From positions 18,912,001 to 18,976,000 of the forward strand of contig CM052817.1 in NCBI GenBank assembly GCA_028534125.1: DNA of 64,000 nucleotides, written 5' to 3'. The stretch is from Lama glama (lineage: Eukaryota). Below are positions 12,664 through 24,934 of the stretch, in pieces. The notes under the pieces were generated by a model, which had not been told where the DNA came from, made no database searches, and was given only the letters and a program-made list of their open reading frames with translations. Each line of letters opens with the position of its first letter. The first letter of the stretch is position 1. The translations under genes and the position numbers were made by a program.

Positions 12664-12989
12664 TGTTTTTAAAAAAAATCAGTAAACAGAAACTTCAATT
12701 AAATAGGTTTAGGAGACCATTGAAGGGGAGCTCTCACACCCTGGGATAACAGAGCCCAACAGGAGGAAGAAAGACTCTCCTTTCTTGGCAAGGACTCACC
12801 CAGTGAAAAACCATGGACTTTATTCACTATAGCTCTCCCAACTTCCTTTTTCCCTCTATGAAAGAATTTTCTTTCCCTTGCATGTGGCTCACTATGGTTG
12901 CAGACCCAGGATTGCAATTCTCTGCTGATCTTGAATAAACCCAACTTGGCTGGAGAAATATCTGGCAGTCAGTTGTTTTAGGTACACCA
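12664..12989 (+). mobile_element. Apparently complete ERV1-type solo LTR (laurasiatherian type)
   Basis: TG...CA ends, degenerate CCAAT (cccagtgaaa) and TATA (ctctatgaaag) positions, AATAAA at 12934-12939. No clean TSD seen. Confidence 0.8.
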
Positions 12990-13534
12990 TGTCTTCTACC
13001 AGTGGGCGTTATGCTAGGACATTGACCTTTATATAAAACTGCTTCTTTTACTTGGCATCTTGTCAGTCCAGCAACACAGCTGTATCTGTGTTATTCATGT
13101 TATTCAGCCTGGGAAAGACTCTGTGGCATGCTACTGAAATTGAGCTTCGGATCCACATCCTTTGAGAAAGCCTATGGGCTCATTTCTATGACTGGTATTG
13201 GAGAGTTAGATGACACTAAGAGTTAAATTATGCATTTCAGCAGCATAGCAACAGTAGTGGCCAGTGCCCAATAAACTCACATTTTCAGGTAAGATTTCCC
13301 GAAGTTTAACACTTACACAGTGTGTGCTACAGAGAATTTATGGAATCAGAGATTAGAAGCAATGCCTTTACAATCTAGGTCCACCACATACTAGCTGGAA
13401 TATTGTTAAAGTAGATACTCAGTTTTACTTAGGGGCTTGTTGATTTCCCTTTCTCAATTCTTTTAACCTCTCTGTAGCATTTACCTCTTTTAAAAGACCT
13501 CCTTCTTGGCATTGCATTATCCCAATACCTTTTT

Positions 13535-13925
13535 GAATCAAAGTCTAATCTGAAAACAGAAACCACTACTAGTATTTGTAATAAAGGGATTTTACTGCAG
13601 GAAATGGATTAAAATGCTGATAGAAAAGCCAAAAGCCAACAGGAGACAGAGGGGCGACCCAGAGATTTACAAAAGCCAGAAGCAACCACCACCACAAGAG
13701 TCAAGAAACAAAGGATTTTGTGGTGGTTTAGAAGCTTGAAATACAGCAGCTGGTAGGCGTAGCTGGAACCCTACAGAGAAGAGGAGTTGACTGAACCTGG
13801 TAGTGGGCAGTCTGCCTGAGGCTTGAGAAGATAGGAAATCATCTTGAAAGGGCTCAGACTGTCTGTGTTCGGAGAGCCAGCCTGCGGGATGTAAGTGATT
13901 GATTTGAAGACAAAGATGCCCCAAA
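13535..13925 (-). mobile_element. Ancient ERVL-type LTR
   Basis: aagtctaatctgaaaacagaaaccactactagtattt...gggcgacccagagatt...gtagctggaacc. Confidence 0.55.
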
Positions 13926-14769
13926 ATACCACACTTTCAGCTCTGACTTTCCCATATCTTTTGTTGGCTCCCTATTAATTTATCATTCCTTTTAGTCTTA
14001 ATGCTTCATAGACTTTCAGTCTCGGTCATCTCTCTCCCTCTACACAGTGTACTGACTACATTGGCATCTCACTTGCTCCCATTGTTTTCACTACTTCCAA
14101 ATGCTGATACCTCCCCAAATTGTGCCTTGACCGAAAATCCTGTTACCAAACCTTGGACGTCCTTCCAGCACCTCAAAAATAATTTGTTCAAAACTGAGAT
14201 CTTGTGTTTTTATCTTCACCTGATACTCTTTCCAGACTCAATTAAATGCCTCTTTTGTTTGCTTATTCTCTTTTCTCAATTCTTTTGCCAAAGTTTAAGG
14301 CACACTGTTTTCCCTTTGGGTCAGTCTTATAGTCTTCTAGCCTCCATTCTCTTAATGTTGAAATCTGTCTTTCATTTTATTTTCCTAATCTTTCTATATC
14401 CTCATTCTGATTAAGCTACTCTGTTAAATACCATATTTTTTGTGATTTCCCATTGTGCCAGTATGGCTACAGCCTTACTGATGCTTTTTCTTTAAATTTT
14501 CATTAATACTCTTATACTATATTAAAGTATTTAAATTTCTCCAAGAACATTGTTTTTGTAAGTCCCATATTTTTGCACATTTTTCCCTTACCAGTTATAT
14601 TTTTTTCCTCATTATTTACCTACCTAATTCCAACTTGTCCAAGAAGGTACATTTAATTGCATTTTCAAGGAAGGGTTTTCAATCTGTATGTTAATATCTA
14701 CACATCCTCTACTTCACACCCCTGGTGCTGGTTATTTTCCTGTAAACTTTCGTATCTTTTTAAAAATTT

Positions 14770-15135
14770 TTCCCTGGTTCTGATCAATATTCCAGGAAAC
14801 CATGTAACTCTGTCTGTTGCTGTCATCAAGAGATAAATCTGGCATTGACTTCCTTGGTAGCCCTAATTCCAGCTGTATTATTCCACCTTCAGTGGTTTCA
14901 AATTCCATGATTCCATCTCCCACTGTGGTATTTTGACTCCTACCAAATAGATTTTGAGCTCTGGTGTCACCACAGCTTCCCCTTGTCCCTTCAGCTCTGT
15001 TTTGGTAGTGTCTTCCTGTGCTTTAATATCTGTTTAGTTTCTTAGCTCTTTAATCACTAGCATAACCAATTACTTATATTAAACTCCCCCTACTTGAACG
15101 ACATAAAGTGTTTTCTGTCATCCTAAATACTTGCA
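14770..15135 (+). mobile_element. LTR33-like ERVL LTR fragment
   Basis: 3' end accaattacttatattaaactccccctacttgaa...agtgttttctgtcatcct matches the LTR33-type terminus. Confidence 0.6.
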
Positions 15136-17167
15136 CAGCCCTTAGACGTACCTTGCACATTGAGTGCGACAGTAGCGTGTTCACTGGTTTGTCTTCCTCT
15201 CTAGGCTGCCACCTTCGTGGTGGAGAGTGCTGCGTCTTATTCATTTCTGTGTCTCAAGTCTTGGGAAATTTTATACCCACCATGCTTAGCAAAACTTCTG
15301 GTTTTAAAAATTGTATAGATACTATCTTAAGTTTTTATTCATGGACAGCTTCTAAATTCTTTACTTATTTTTTTTTTCAAAATATATCACTAGTCAAACT
15401 TCAGAGCACTATTTCCTATCTGTGTCCCACTCCCTATGCCAACTTCCTGTGAAAGGTAATGCCACTTTACCCCATTGCTCCAACTCACATTTTGTAGTTC
15501 AGTCCCTCTGACCTCTGCCCCTGATATTTCGTCTAGAATTTCCCTTTTTTTATGCTGAGGGAATTGTCCTCCCTTTACCCAGGTCAAATGTCACATTTTC
15601 TCTAAAGCTTCTGAAGAACAAGTTTTTTCTTCCTTTTATATTAAAGTATCATTGTGTAAGTACAGAACTCATCAAAACATTTATCATTTTCTTCTCTTAA
15701 AAGTAAGGATTGTCTGTTGAATTTCATTAGATTCCTCCACAGTGTTCAGCAATGTTTTGTTACCCTTACTTGCTTAATATTTATTGAAATATTTGACCAC
15801 CTTGTGGATAAATGCACTGGGCTAGATACAGGTCATAATGTGCTAAGTGATGCTATATCTTCAATGACCTGATCGTATATCAGGGCAAGGCAATATTTTA
15901 TATTGTAGTGATACATTATTGTAAATGCAACGTGTTCTGCAAATGTAACACAATTTAAAACAAGAAATTTATATGTGAAACAGAGCCGCATGGTCTATAA
16001 AGGTCTTTTGGTTGAAGAAGTGATGTGCGGCACTGATGTTGGCAAAAGATGACTTCAAGATAAAAGAGGGAGGAAGAGAAGGCATTTTTATTTCATTTAC
16101 TCATCTATTTACTCATTCAGTAACACTCAGCACTCATTGGATGTCAAAGATTTATATAGACAGTGATTAAAATAGTCAAAATAGAAGTGAAGAGAACCTA
16201 AAATAAGGATGACCCTTAAATAATTATCTGTGAATCAGTTATGTTCAATTACTATCAGTGTGGCATACAGAGAGCATGTCTAAATACAACTCATGCTTAT
16301 TAACAAGAAAGACAACTTTGTTTCTTCAGTCTTTTTTTTTTTTTTTTTAGTTTTTATGCTGCCGCTCTCATTATGCCATGAATTTTGCCAGTAACATTTA
16401 TTCACGTATTAAGAGACAGACTGCAGCAGTGTTGGTTATTTTAAGCGCACCCACCCATTCCAGTGCAGGTTTTATGCTTTATTACTGTTCCTCGTGGGGC
16501 TGCGGAAAGCACTCTGACTTCAGCCTCAGTGAGACTGGGCCCATTATATTGTAATCTGCACCCTGAAGGGAATTACAGTGCAGTCAGGTCTTGACCTTCT
16601 TCAGCATATGGTGTAGGCTAGCATTTAAAAATGAATAAACCAAGGAGCTTACCACTGGAACTTAAACTTTGCATTCTACGTGGTGTGCTTTTGGCTCCAA
16701 CACTGTGCATTAAATCACTGGAACTGGATCTGATTCATATCTCTGCCATCTTAACCTAATTGCCCAACAATTCTGTAGCCAGGTAATTCTTAACTTTACT
16801 GTGATTAAAAATTTATCAATTTCAAAATGACTGTATGGTCTGAAGGAAACAAGAATTTCTGGCTATCTGAAGAAGCTATGGCTAAATTCTTCAGCTGAAT
16901 TTTGGATTTTTTAATATAACTTCTGGAAAGCTATGTAGTATCAGAGAAAGTATATCAAGCCAAGGGGAAAGAAATAGTAGCTTGGCTTTTGGAAAGATGC
17001 CTAAGAGTAGATATACATAATAAGATTCCAGAGGAGCTTCAATCAATAAAGCAGACTGATAATGCTATTCTGATGTTACTCAGCTTGACATTTTTCTCTA
17101 GTCTTTTACTAGAGGGACATAGATTTGCCAAGGGAGAGGTTCCTCTGTATTTAAAATTTACCTACGA

Positions 17168-17249
17168 TCCCTTTCCTTTCCTTTCCCTCCCTCCCTCCCT
17201 CCCTTCCTTCCTTCCTTCCTTCCTTCCTTCCTTCCTTTCTTCTTTCCTT
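17168..17249 (+). repeat. 82-nt pure pyrimidine compound microsatellite (CCTTT/CCCT/CCTT)n
   Basis: Read directly. Confidence 0.95.
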
Positions 17250-17404
17250 GCTTGCTTCTTCTTTCTCTGTTTCACTTATTGAGAAAGCATTTGTTGAATT
17301 AAGATATAAACTCAAATAAACTATTTTTTTTCATTGAGAAGCCTACAGTCTAGAAGAAGAGAAATGCATGATGAAATGTGAAACATGCACAGGATGCTGT
17401 GAAG

Positions 17405-17946
17405 CTTACTGCCCAGTATAGAGGCTGAAAATGCCAGATACCCACTTGCCCAGCCTTCTCTGATTTTATGACAGAGTCATATTAACCACCCTGGTCAGTG
17501 ATCCTGGATAAAATGGCTACTGGGGGGCTATTGAAAATATTTTTCTCTCAAACAAAACAAAACAAACAAAACAAAATATGAAAGCTTATGTAATGTTATA
17601 AACCAACTTTAGGTCAATATAAATGAGTAAGTAATTAAATAACAAAACAGTAAATGCTCCTCTTCTTTGCCCAGATGCTACAGAACGTATATAAGATACC
17701 AGGAGCTGGGACAACCATCATCTTCCTGATGGCTCACATCTAAGAACTGAGGCACAGTACTACTGAGTAGAGCTGGAGGATAAGATGGCAAGAGCCAGGT
17801 CATTTATTACCATCACTAAGAGCTTGAACCAACCCAGGAACACCTGCCCCAGGGTTCCTATTATGTGATTAAATACATTTTAGCCATTTTGAGTCAGTTT
17901 TGGTTGGGTATTTGATTACTGCAGGCAAAGCCATCTGAACTGGCAC
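17405..17946 (+). mobile_element. Old MaLR LTR (MLT1K/L-like) with internal A-rich insertion
   Basis: cacttgcccagcc...ggagctgggacaaccatc...gggtatttgattactgcaggcaaagccatctgaactggcaca (MLT1 3' end). Confidence 0.7.
17548..17650 (+). mobile_element. (AAAAC)n plus short L1 3' tail inside the MLT1
   Basis: ttatgtaatgttataaaccaactttaggtcaat resembles the L1 3' terminus, followed by an A-rich tail. Confidence 0.55.
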
Positions 17947-18609
17947 ATTTTCCCTGTCTTCATACTGTCATCTATGGTATACTTCCTCTTAATATTTAAT
18001 TATTTATGGAGGGAACCTTAGGATACAAATTACAGTGTAAAAATGTGATTTTTCCTTATCTATAGTACAATAAATTTGAAAAATGTATAGATTGAAAAGA
18101 ATTCTGTTACATTTACACACTAAATTATCCTTTTTACTATACTCGGTGGAAATCATGTGCTTTCATGTTATAGCTATTAACTTAAAATTTAAGTTTCACT
18201 AATAAGCCTGAAGTAGATAAAGCACAAAATTAAGTTCCTGATTTTATTTCAGATTCCATAGCTCATTGAATATTGCAGTAAATGCTGTTATGTTTACTGT
18301 ATTGGGTGGAAATTATTCTGTTTCTTAGGGGATGAAACACATAAGGTACTGGTCCCAATTTTTAATAATTATCCCCTTGTTTATAATGATAAATTTCAAG
18401 AAGTCTATACTATGAATCTGAGCCCTAGTTAATCCTCTTCTAAATATTTGAGAATATTCCAGTTCTTTTAATTGGTGTGGTTGACAGCCTATTAGCTAGA
18501 TTTATCTGAATTTTAATCACAGGCTTCATATTAATTTTATAGCTCTGGGTAGGCTTCTAGATGCCTGCATTTTCACTTGTAAATTCAAGCAATAAAAGCA
18601 CCTACAGAG

Positions 18610-19075
18610 AACCAGGCACTTATTATCCAACATATTTGGCCTATAAAAACGTAAAAAATACAGTCCCTTCCCTCACATACTCTACCATGTTGGCTATAGG
18701 TAATCAAGGAACCAAAATATGATGAATTAAAATACAGTGTGGTAAGTTAATTTGATGAAACACATGAGAGAAAAAAATCATTCCTTTGGGTTTAGTAAAG
18801 GGTTAAAAGGTAGTATATGTTTGAGCTGATTCTGAAATAGTAAATATGATGTCACTGGGCATAGTACTTACAGCCAGGGAAGCAGTATATGGAGATGCAT
18901 ATGGAAGTGACAGGACTGAAAATTTTAAGAAAGATATGATTTTATTATGACAGAGTTTAGAGTACTTGAGAAAATATGGGAGAGAGAAATTCAGGACACA
19001 TTAAGAAGGACTGGCCGGTCAAGGAGTTTGGTCTTTATTCTGGAAGTAATCGGGACCATATAGAAAAATTGTTGT
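18610..19075 (-). mobile_element. L2 fragment
   Basis: acagtcccttccctca...tttgagctgattctgaa...aaggagtttggtctttattctg...gggaccat matches antisense L2. Confidence 0.6.
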
Positions 19076-19564
19076 TTAGAGTTGGGGAGAGGGTTTTGGT
19101 GTTGATTTTATCTACATTTTATTAAAAAAAAAAGTTAGGCAGACTATCCACATGTGACCCACTGACATATTCTAAGCAGGAGAAAATAAGGGATTTAATT
19201 GCAGCAGGATTGTTTTACTGGGAGAAGAGACTAAAACTAAGTTTGCAATAGTAAAAAATATTAAAAGTCTTATTCCGGACCTATTAAGGGGCTAAAATCA
19301 GCAAGATTCATTAAAAAAAAAGTTACGTGTTGTATAATTCGGCAAAGTTTAAGCTGCTGGAACAAAGAGACTCCAAAATATAGAGACGTAAGTAAGTTTA
19401 TTTCTCAGACGTGTTATATTCAGGCTAGACTTCTGAAAAGTCTTTCTGACGTTAAATATTGCAACTTCAAAAGAAGACGATATTTGACTTTTCACACGTG
19501 AATATTATGAATAATGTGAGGTGCAGGTTATAGTAAAAATAAAGGATTTGAAAGTGCTTATGTC

Positions 19565-19731
19565 GGGGAGGGTGTAGCTCAGTGGTAGAGTTCATGCCTA
19601 ACATGCATGAGGTCCTGGGTTCAATTCTTAGTACCTCCTTTAGAAATAAATAAATAAACCTAATCACCTGCTCCCCCACCCCCGACTAAGTAAAAATCAA
19701 TAAATAAAATGGAGAAAGAGATATTTTTTAA
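19565..19731 (+). mobile_element. tRNA-Ala-derived SINE, camelid vic-1-like
   Basis: A box TAGCTCAGTGG (19575-19585), B box GGTTCAATTC (19618-19627), (AAAT)n and C-rich tail, A-rich end. 14-bp TSD AAAGTGC(T/A)TATGTC at 19551-19564 and 19732-19745. Confidence 0.9.
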
Positions 19732-19745
19732 AAAGTGCATATGTC

Positions 19746-20442
19746 TTACCACTGCATACCTTTTAGGATGGCTTTTATTTAAAAAAAATGGAAAAGAACA
19801 AGTGTTGGCCAGGATGTAGAGAAATTAGTAATTTTGTGCATTGTTGATGGGAATGTAGAATGGTGCAGCTGCTGAGAAAAACAGTTTGCTTGTTACTCTA
19901 AAAGTTAAAAATAGAATTACTGTACAATCCAGTAATTCCATCCTTCTTGTCTGGATGTGGGCAAAATAATTGAAAGTGGAGACTCAAACAGATACTTGTA
20001 CATCAGTGTTTATAGCAGCATTATTCACACTAGTCAAAGGGTGAAAATAACCCAAATGTCCTTCAACAGATGAATGAGCAAAACGTGGTAGATACTTACA
20101 GGAGTAGTTATCCAGCCTTATGAACCTTATGAATGACAGTGTGACTCATGCTGCAACATGGACGAACCTTGAAAACGTGTTTAGTGAAATAAGTCAGCTA
20201 CAAAAGGTCAAATATTACATGAATCAACTTACGTGAGGCACCTAGAATAGGCAAATTCATAGATCCAGAAGGTAGAATGAATGTTACCAGGGCCTGCAGG
20301 AAGGAGCAATGTGGAGTTATTTATTAATGGAGAGTAGTGATGGCGATACGACATTGTGAATTTGTATAACATCATTGAATCGTGCACCTAAAAACACTTA
20401 AAATGGTAAATCTTATGTGTATTTTGCCATAACAAAAAATTA
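19746..20442 (+). mobile_element. 5'-truncated L1MB-type element (ORF2 end and 3' UTR)
   Basis: acaagtgttggccaggatgtagagaaa...gggaatgtagaatggtgcagctgct...catggacgaaccttgaaaac...ataggcaaattcatagat...atggtaaatcttatgtgtattttgccataac, then an A-run. Confidence 0.9.
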
Positions 20443-20581
20443 ACAGTGCATATATCTTTTTAAAAATTAAATGAATATAGTAATCTGTCATCATTATAAA
20501 TTGGTTAAAATACCTGAATGGCATCCATCATATAAGATGACTTAAAATTTTCCTTATTTAATGATAAAACACATTATATAC

Positions 20582-20736
20582 TTTTTTTAAGTTGACATAT
20601 AGCCCGCTGACAATGTTGTGTTAATTTCTGGTATACAACATAATAGTTCAGTCATACATACATGTATATTCATTTTCATATTCTTTTTCATTATAGGTTA
20701 CTACAAGATATTGATTATAGTTCCCTGTGCTATACA
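20582..20736 (-). mobile_element. Short L1 3' end (cetartiodactyl-type)
   Basis: T-run, acaatgttgtgttaatttctggtatacaacataatagttcag...ttactacaagatattgattatagttccctgtgctataca. Confidence 0.85.
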
Positions 20737-21624
20737 TTTTATTTATAGATCTTTGTACTAAAATTAGGATTTAAATACATAACCATTTCCTTAGAACTGT
20801 CCAAATATAAATTATACAATTTGCCTGCAATATTTCTCAATAAATCATTAATGATTTTGATGAGATGAAAACATTTTTCAAGACATTTTAATATCTTACT
20901 ATACTTATTTTAAAATTTCTGTCATGGCCTGTAGTGTTTCCCTCTCAGTATTAATTATTCTGGTGTAATAAAATGTTGGAAATTTTAACACTATGAAATA
21001 ACTTTCAGTCTAGTCCTTTTGATATATTTTTATCATTTGCATCACCCTGTCTGTTCAGGGTTACATCACAACTGATCACTGAGTGCCTGGAAGAATGCCT
21101 CATCCCCACAGTTTTCTTGTCTGGTTCTGGGGATTGCTGTACCAAGTAAACCATCTTCTGCTTTTGAGTGCCATCCCCATAAAGGGTTATATTCAACAAA
21201 GAGGAGGAAACATGATAAAGTATTCTAACTGAAAGGCTTTTGAAGGGGAAGCCCTGAGGTGGTCTGTTATCAGGACCAGTGAGAGTGATAAATGATATAC
21301 GAAACTAGAGCAGAAAAACTATTGGCTAAGAATTGTCCTAAGACAGAAACGTACCAATCGGGATACCCAACTGGAAGTCTGTAGCAGGAGGAAGTCAGAG
21401 CTGTCAGAAGTGGTCACCAAGCGTCAGTACACATTGAGCAGCAGGGGTAGTGATCTAGTGATGGAGGGTAACTCAAGTGATGTCTTAGCTCTCTTCTCAA
21501 GACTGGGATGCGGGAAGGAGGTGACAGATCCTTTTTTGGCCTAATAAGTTCGCTTTGCTGGTGAGAGAGCCAGATCCAGCTCTCCAGGCAGCAGTATGGT
21601 GACAAATAGCAAGGGCCATAAATT

Positions 21625-21990
21625 TAGTTCTTGGAATACCATGCTCAGGAATTTATTCCAAGAAAATAATAATTTGAGACAAGGTAAATCAAATCTTTGT
21701 CAAAAATTTTGTTCATGTCAGAATTCTTAATAAAAGGGAAAGAAAGTGGAAAACAAGAAAATATTTTAGTAAGTTTTGGAACATCAGCAAAATTGGGCTG
21801 TTACTTAAGTAAAAGCATCATCATGGAAACCATGTAAAAACACAGAAGATGTTTGACATCACATTAAGTGCATACAAGTATATAAAAATGGCATTTAACA
21901 TACATGCTGGTAAGTTGCTAAGAATTGGATATTATATGAAACTAAATAATTAAAAGGTATCTGGAAGTGGTGGGATATCTTTATAAATAT
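21625..21990 (+). mobile_element. Decayed L1ME 3' fragments
   Basis: aataccatgctcaggaatttattccaagaaaataat resembles the L1 3' region. Confidence 0.5.
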
Positions 21991-23639
21991 CTTTCATGTC
22001 ACTGAACATACATGTGGGCATAGATAAGTGTACGTGTGTGTGTGTGTAATCCCAAAATTATTTGGTAATAAAGTTCACACTCACAAGTGCAATAGTCAGC
22101 TTTTTATATGATTTAGAATTAGGATCCCTCGTTTTTAAACTTTCTGTATCTACCATAAACAATCAGCCTAAATAACTGCAATGGAAAGGATTTTCTTAAA
22201 AATAGATGAGTAGTTCACAGCAATTATTGCTGACATGGCCCCAGCAGACCAGATTATGGCCTTGGATCAAATGATAGGAAAATAGATTCCCCTGTTCTGT
22301 GGCCAGGCCCTATGAATATATTCTAGACAATTTTCCCTCCCGATGAATGGGAGCATCTGAGGAAAAAGACATCTCTAGTTTTTAGTCATCAGTCTTCCAA
22401 GAAGCTTCTCAAATAAAAAAGAAAGTACGTAGCTAAATTGCTAACATTACCAGAAAATGTCACTTTTAATTGGATGGGAATCAGGCGGCCAGGTGTGACA
22501 ATGAGGAAGGGGTTATCATGAGCTAATAGTTTGACAGAAATGCAGCCTCATGCTTCTAATCCCTCCAGTGTTACCTCGTGATTACCAAGCACCCTGCTTA
22601 GATACGCCTTGTTAGTTTCTCTTTTGGATATCTTCATTCTTAGGAAAACCATACTTCTGTGGGCTAGAACATGATGATGTTAGCAGTTTAAAATATGAGC
22701 AGCTGCTTCAGCTGATCTGGTAGTTCACAAAAATTAATCTACCCTTTACATTAATCTGTGCACCAATCAGAATGTTTCTTTAATCCAAGGAGTTTTATAA
22801 TGCAGTCTAAATCATTCTGGTCCAGGTGCCTTGTGCTGCTTAAAGAAAAAAAATAACGAGAAAATTTAATCTGAAGATTATTAAGTATTTTAGGCTGGTG
22901 CTGACTGGTTTCACCTAGCAACTGTAGAACATACTGAGCAAATCTAACGGCAACTCTTCCTTTCTGTCACCGCTGATCAAATAATTAGGAGAGAGTAAGT
23001 GTACTTGCTGATGGCAATAAAGGCGACGATGATAAGACACAGGATTTTTAAGGAGACAAAAAGTGATTTGAGATAACAGCTTGTGGCGACTGCCATTTTT
23101 AGGACGATGATTAGCTGAATAGCATTCACGAAATCATAAGATGATGTGGCGGTCTTACAGGTGCACAGTTACAGAAACTGAAGAAACACCACATAGGCAA
23201 GGAATAAATGAACTCAGTTAAATAATCTATTGCCAAGGAATTGTTATTGGTCAGGTTTACAGGAAAAAAAAATCAAAGAGCTTAAAATTTCACCAGATAG
23301 CTGATAATGTTACAGGCTTAGACATCTTACTTCCATAAGATTATGCCAGAAGCTGTGTGTGCTGGGTCAGATTTCAAAGCCTGATACAAATGATGCCTTT
23401 ATAAAATGAGTGGAGGAAAAGACTGGGGTCTGGAAAGAAAAAAAATTACACTGGATACCCAGAACCAATCCTCCAATATTGTTCTATATGTAAACATTAA
23501 AAAATAGTGAAAGAGTTTGTCTTTGAAAATAAAAATTGAGTCTTCTCTGCTTTCAGCCTTAGAAGTGTAACTGGTTAACAGATTGTCCATTGCAATTGTA
23601 AATTCTTTAAAATAAGGAAAACATATGTCAGACCATAAT

Positions 23640-24512
23640 GTTGAAGTGTTGACCAGTAGACGGAGCTGACTGTGATCCTTAGAAACTGGGGAACACAAAA
23701 AGTGAGCTCTGTGATCCTGCCCACAGTGTCCACAGATGTCTGCCCTGGAGCACATTTCCATCAAGGAACATGGAATTGGATCCCAAGCAGGCCACTGGCT
23801 TCAGTGAGCTGCGAGAGCAGAGATAAGAACTGAGCTGCTGGAGTAGCCAGAATTTGTGGGACAGGGTAACAGAAGACAGGGAGCTACACAGAGAGTAGAG
23901 GACAGGAGTTTGTGTGCATGTTCACCTTGGGTTCTTGGCTAATCCAAAGAGATACATGCTCAGATGCTGAGGGCTTGGCAGGGGTCATCTGTTGCAGAAA
24001 ATATGCAACGTGGGGAAACACTGAAGTGGTTACAGAAGAAGCAGAATGAAGAGACTGAACTAAGCACCTCAGGCATTCAGCTAAGACTGTAGAGGAGCCT
24101 TGTCTTAGAGATGAGGAAATGAATCTAGAGTTAGAGCCCACCCTAGTACTAAATTCAAACCCAAAGTGGACCTGAACTAACTGAGAATCAAACACCCTGG
24201 CCACAGCCAGAGTTACCATCTCGCAGTGAAATGTCTGCCAGAATGAAGCTCCAATACCTTAAGGAAGAGAACATAACTCACCTATGATATGCAACATATA
24301 GTAGAAAACGATTAGACATGCTCAGAATATTATCTGTGCTTCGTATACCTTAATATTGCTTATATATGAAAGAGAATTTAATAAACACAGCCATCATGAT
24401 GCCTGAAATTTTATAATAAGCAGAAAAGGACCTTAAAGCAGATATTGTAAAAGGGTTCAAAGACTTAAAGGAAAATATGTCAAAAATGGATGAACACGTA
24501 GGGAATTTCAGG
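23640..24512 (+). mobile_element. Old L1M 5' UTR and start of ORF1
   Basis: Ends with MPEIL**AEKDLKADIVKGFKDLKENMSKMDEHVGNFR, resembling the L1M ORF1 N-terminus (ELADKDFKAAIINMFKDLKENM). Confidence 0.75.
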
Positions 24513-24885
24513 TAAATTCTACCTCTTGAGGGGGAAAAATAATTTGCAGACACTTTAATATGACATAGACTATATGTAGTGTGCCATTTTTTTCCTTTCT
24601 GCTTTTATTATTTTTCCCTTAACATTGATTTTCAATAGTTTGACCGTCATGTGCCAGGTGTATTTTTCTCTCTACTTATCCTGTCATTAATTTTGACCCT
24701 GTGCTTGTAATCTTATTTTGTTTATTCCTTCTTTATTCTTTTTTCTCTGTCTCTAAACACTCTTAGGCTGATCTCTTGGCCCCCATTGTTCTAAAATTTT
24801 ATATGCCCTGATTTGGGTCTTTTCAGGTTGTAGTCCTGGCACTTGTTGGGCCCTTTCAGTCTATAAATGCATGGGTTTTGGTTCA

Positions 24886-24888
<3 letters not shown>

Positions 24889-24930
<42 letters not shown>
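24889..24930 (+). repeat. Perfect (TG)21 microsatellite
   Basis: Read directly. Confidence 0.97.

Positions 24931-24934
<4 letters not shown>

Larger units (their letters stand above)
13430..15275 (+). mobile_element. Fragmented L2 LINE interrupted by two LTRs
   Basis: aatgctgatacctccccaaatt (decayed YADDSQI region) and cttggacgtccttccagcacctcaaaaataatttgttcaaaactgag. L2 3' end gtcttattcatttctgtgtctc near 15240. Confidence 0.65.

Noticed and set aside
12664..12989. Solo LTR as the 3' LTR of the ERV at 4790-6710
   Set aside because: It is 6 kb away, separated by older unrelated repeats, and looks much less decayed, so an independent insertion is more likely.
19565..19640. Possible tRNA-Ala/Val gene
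   Set aside because: Extra 5' bases, disrupted stems, SINE tail and a TSD show it is a SINE.
22960..23000. 6-nt microexon-like AG|GAGAGA|GTAAGT
   Set aside because: No pyrimidine tract adjacent to the AG.
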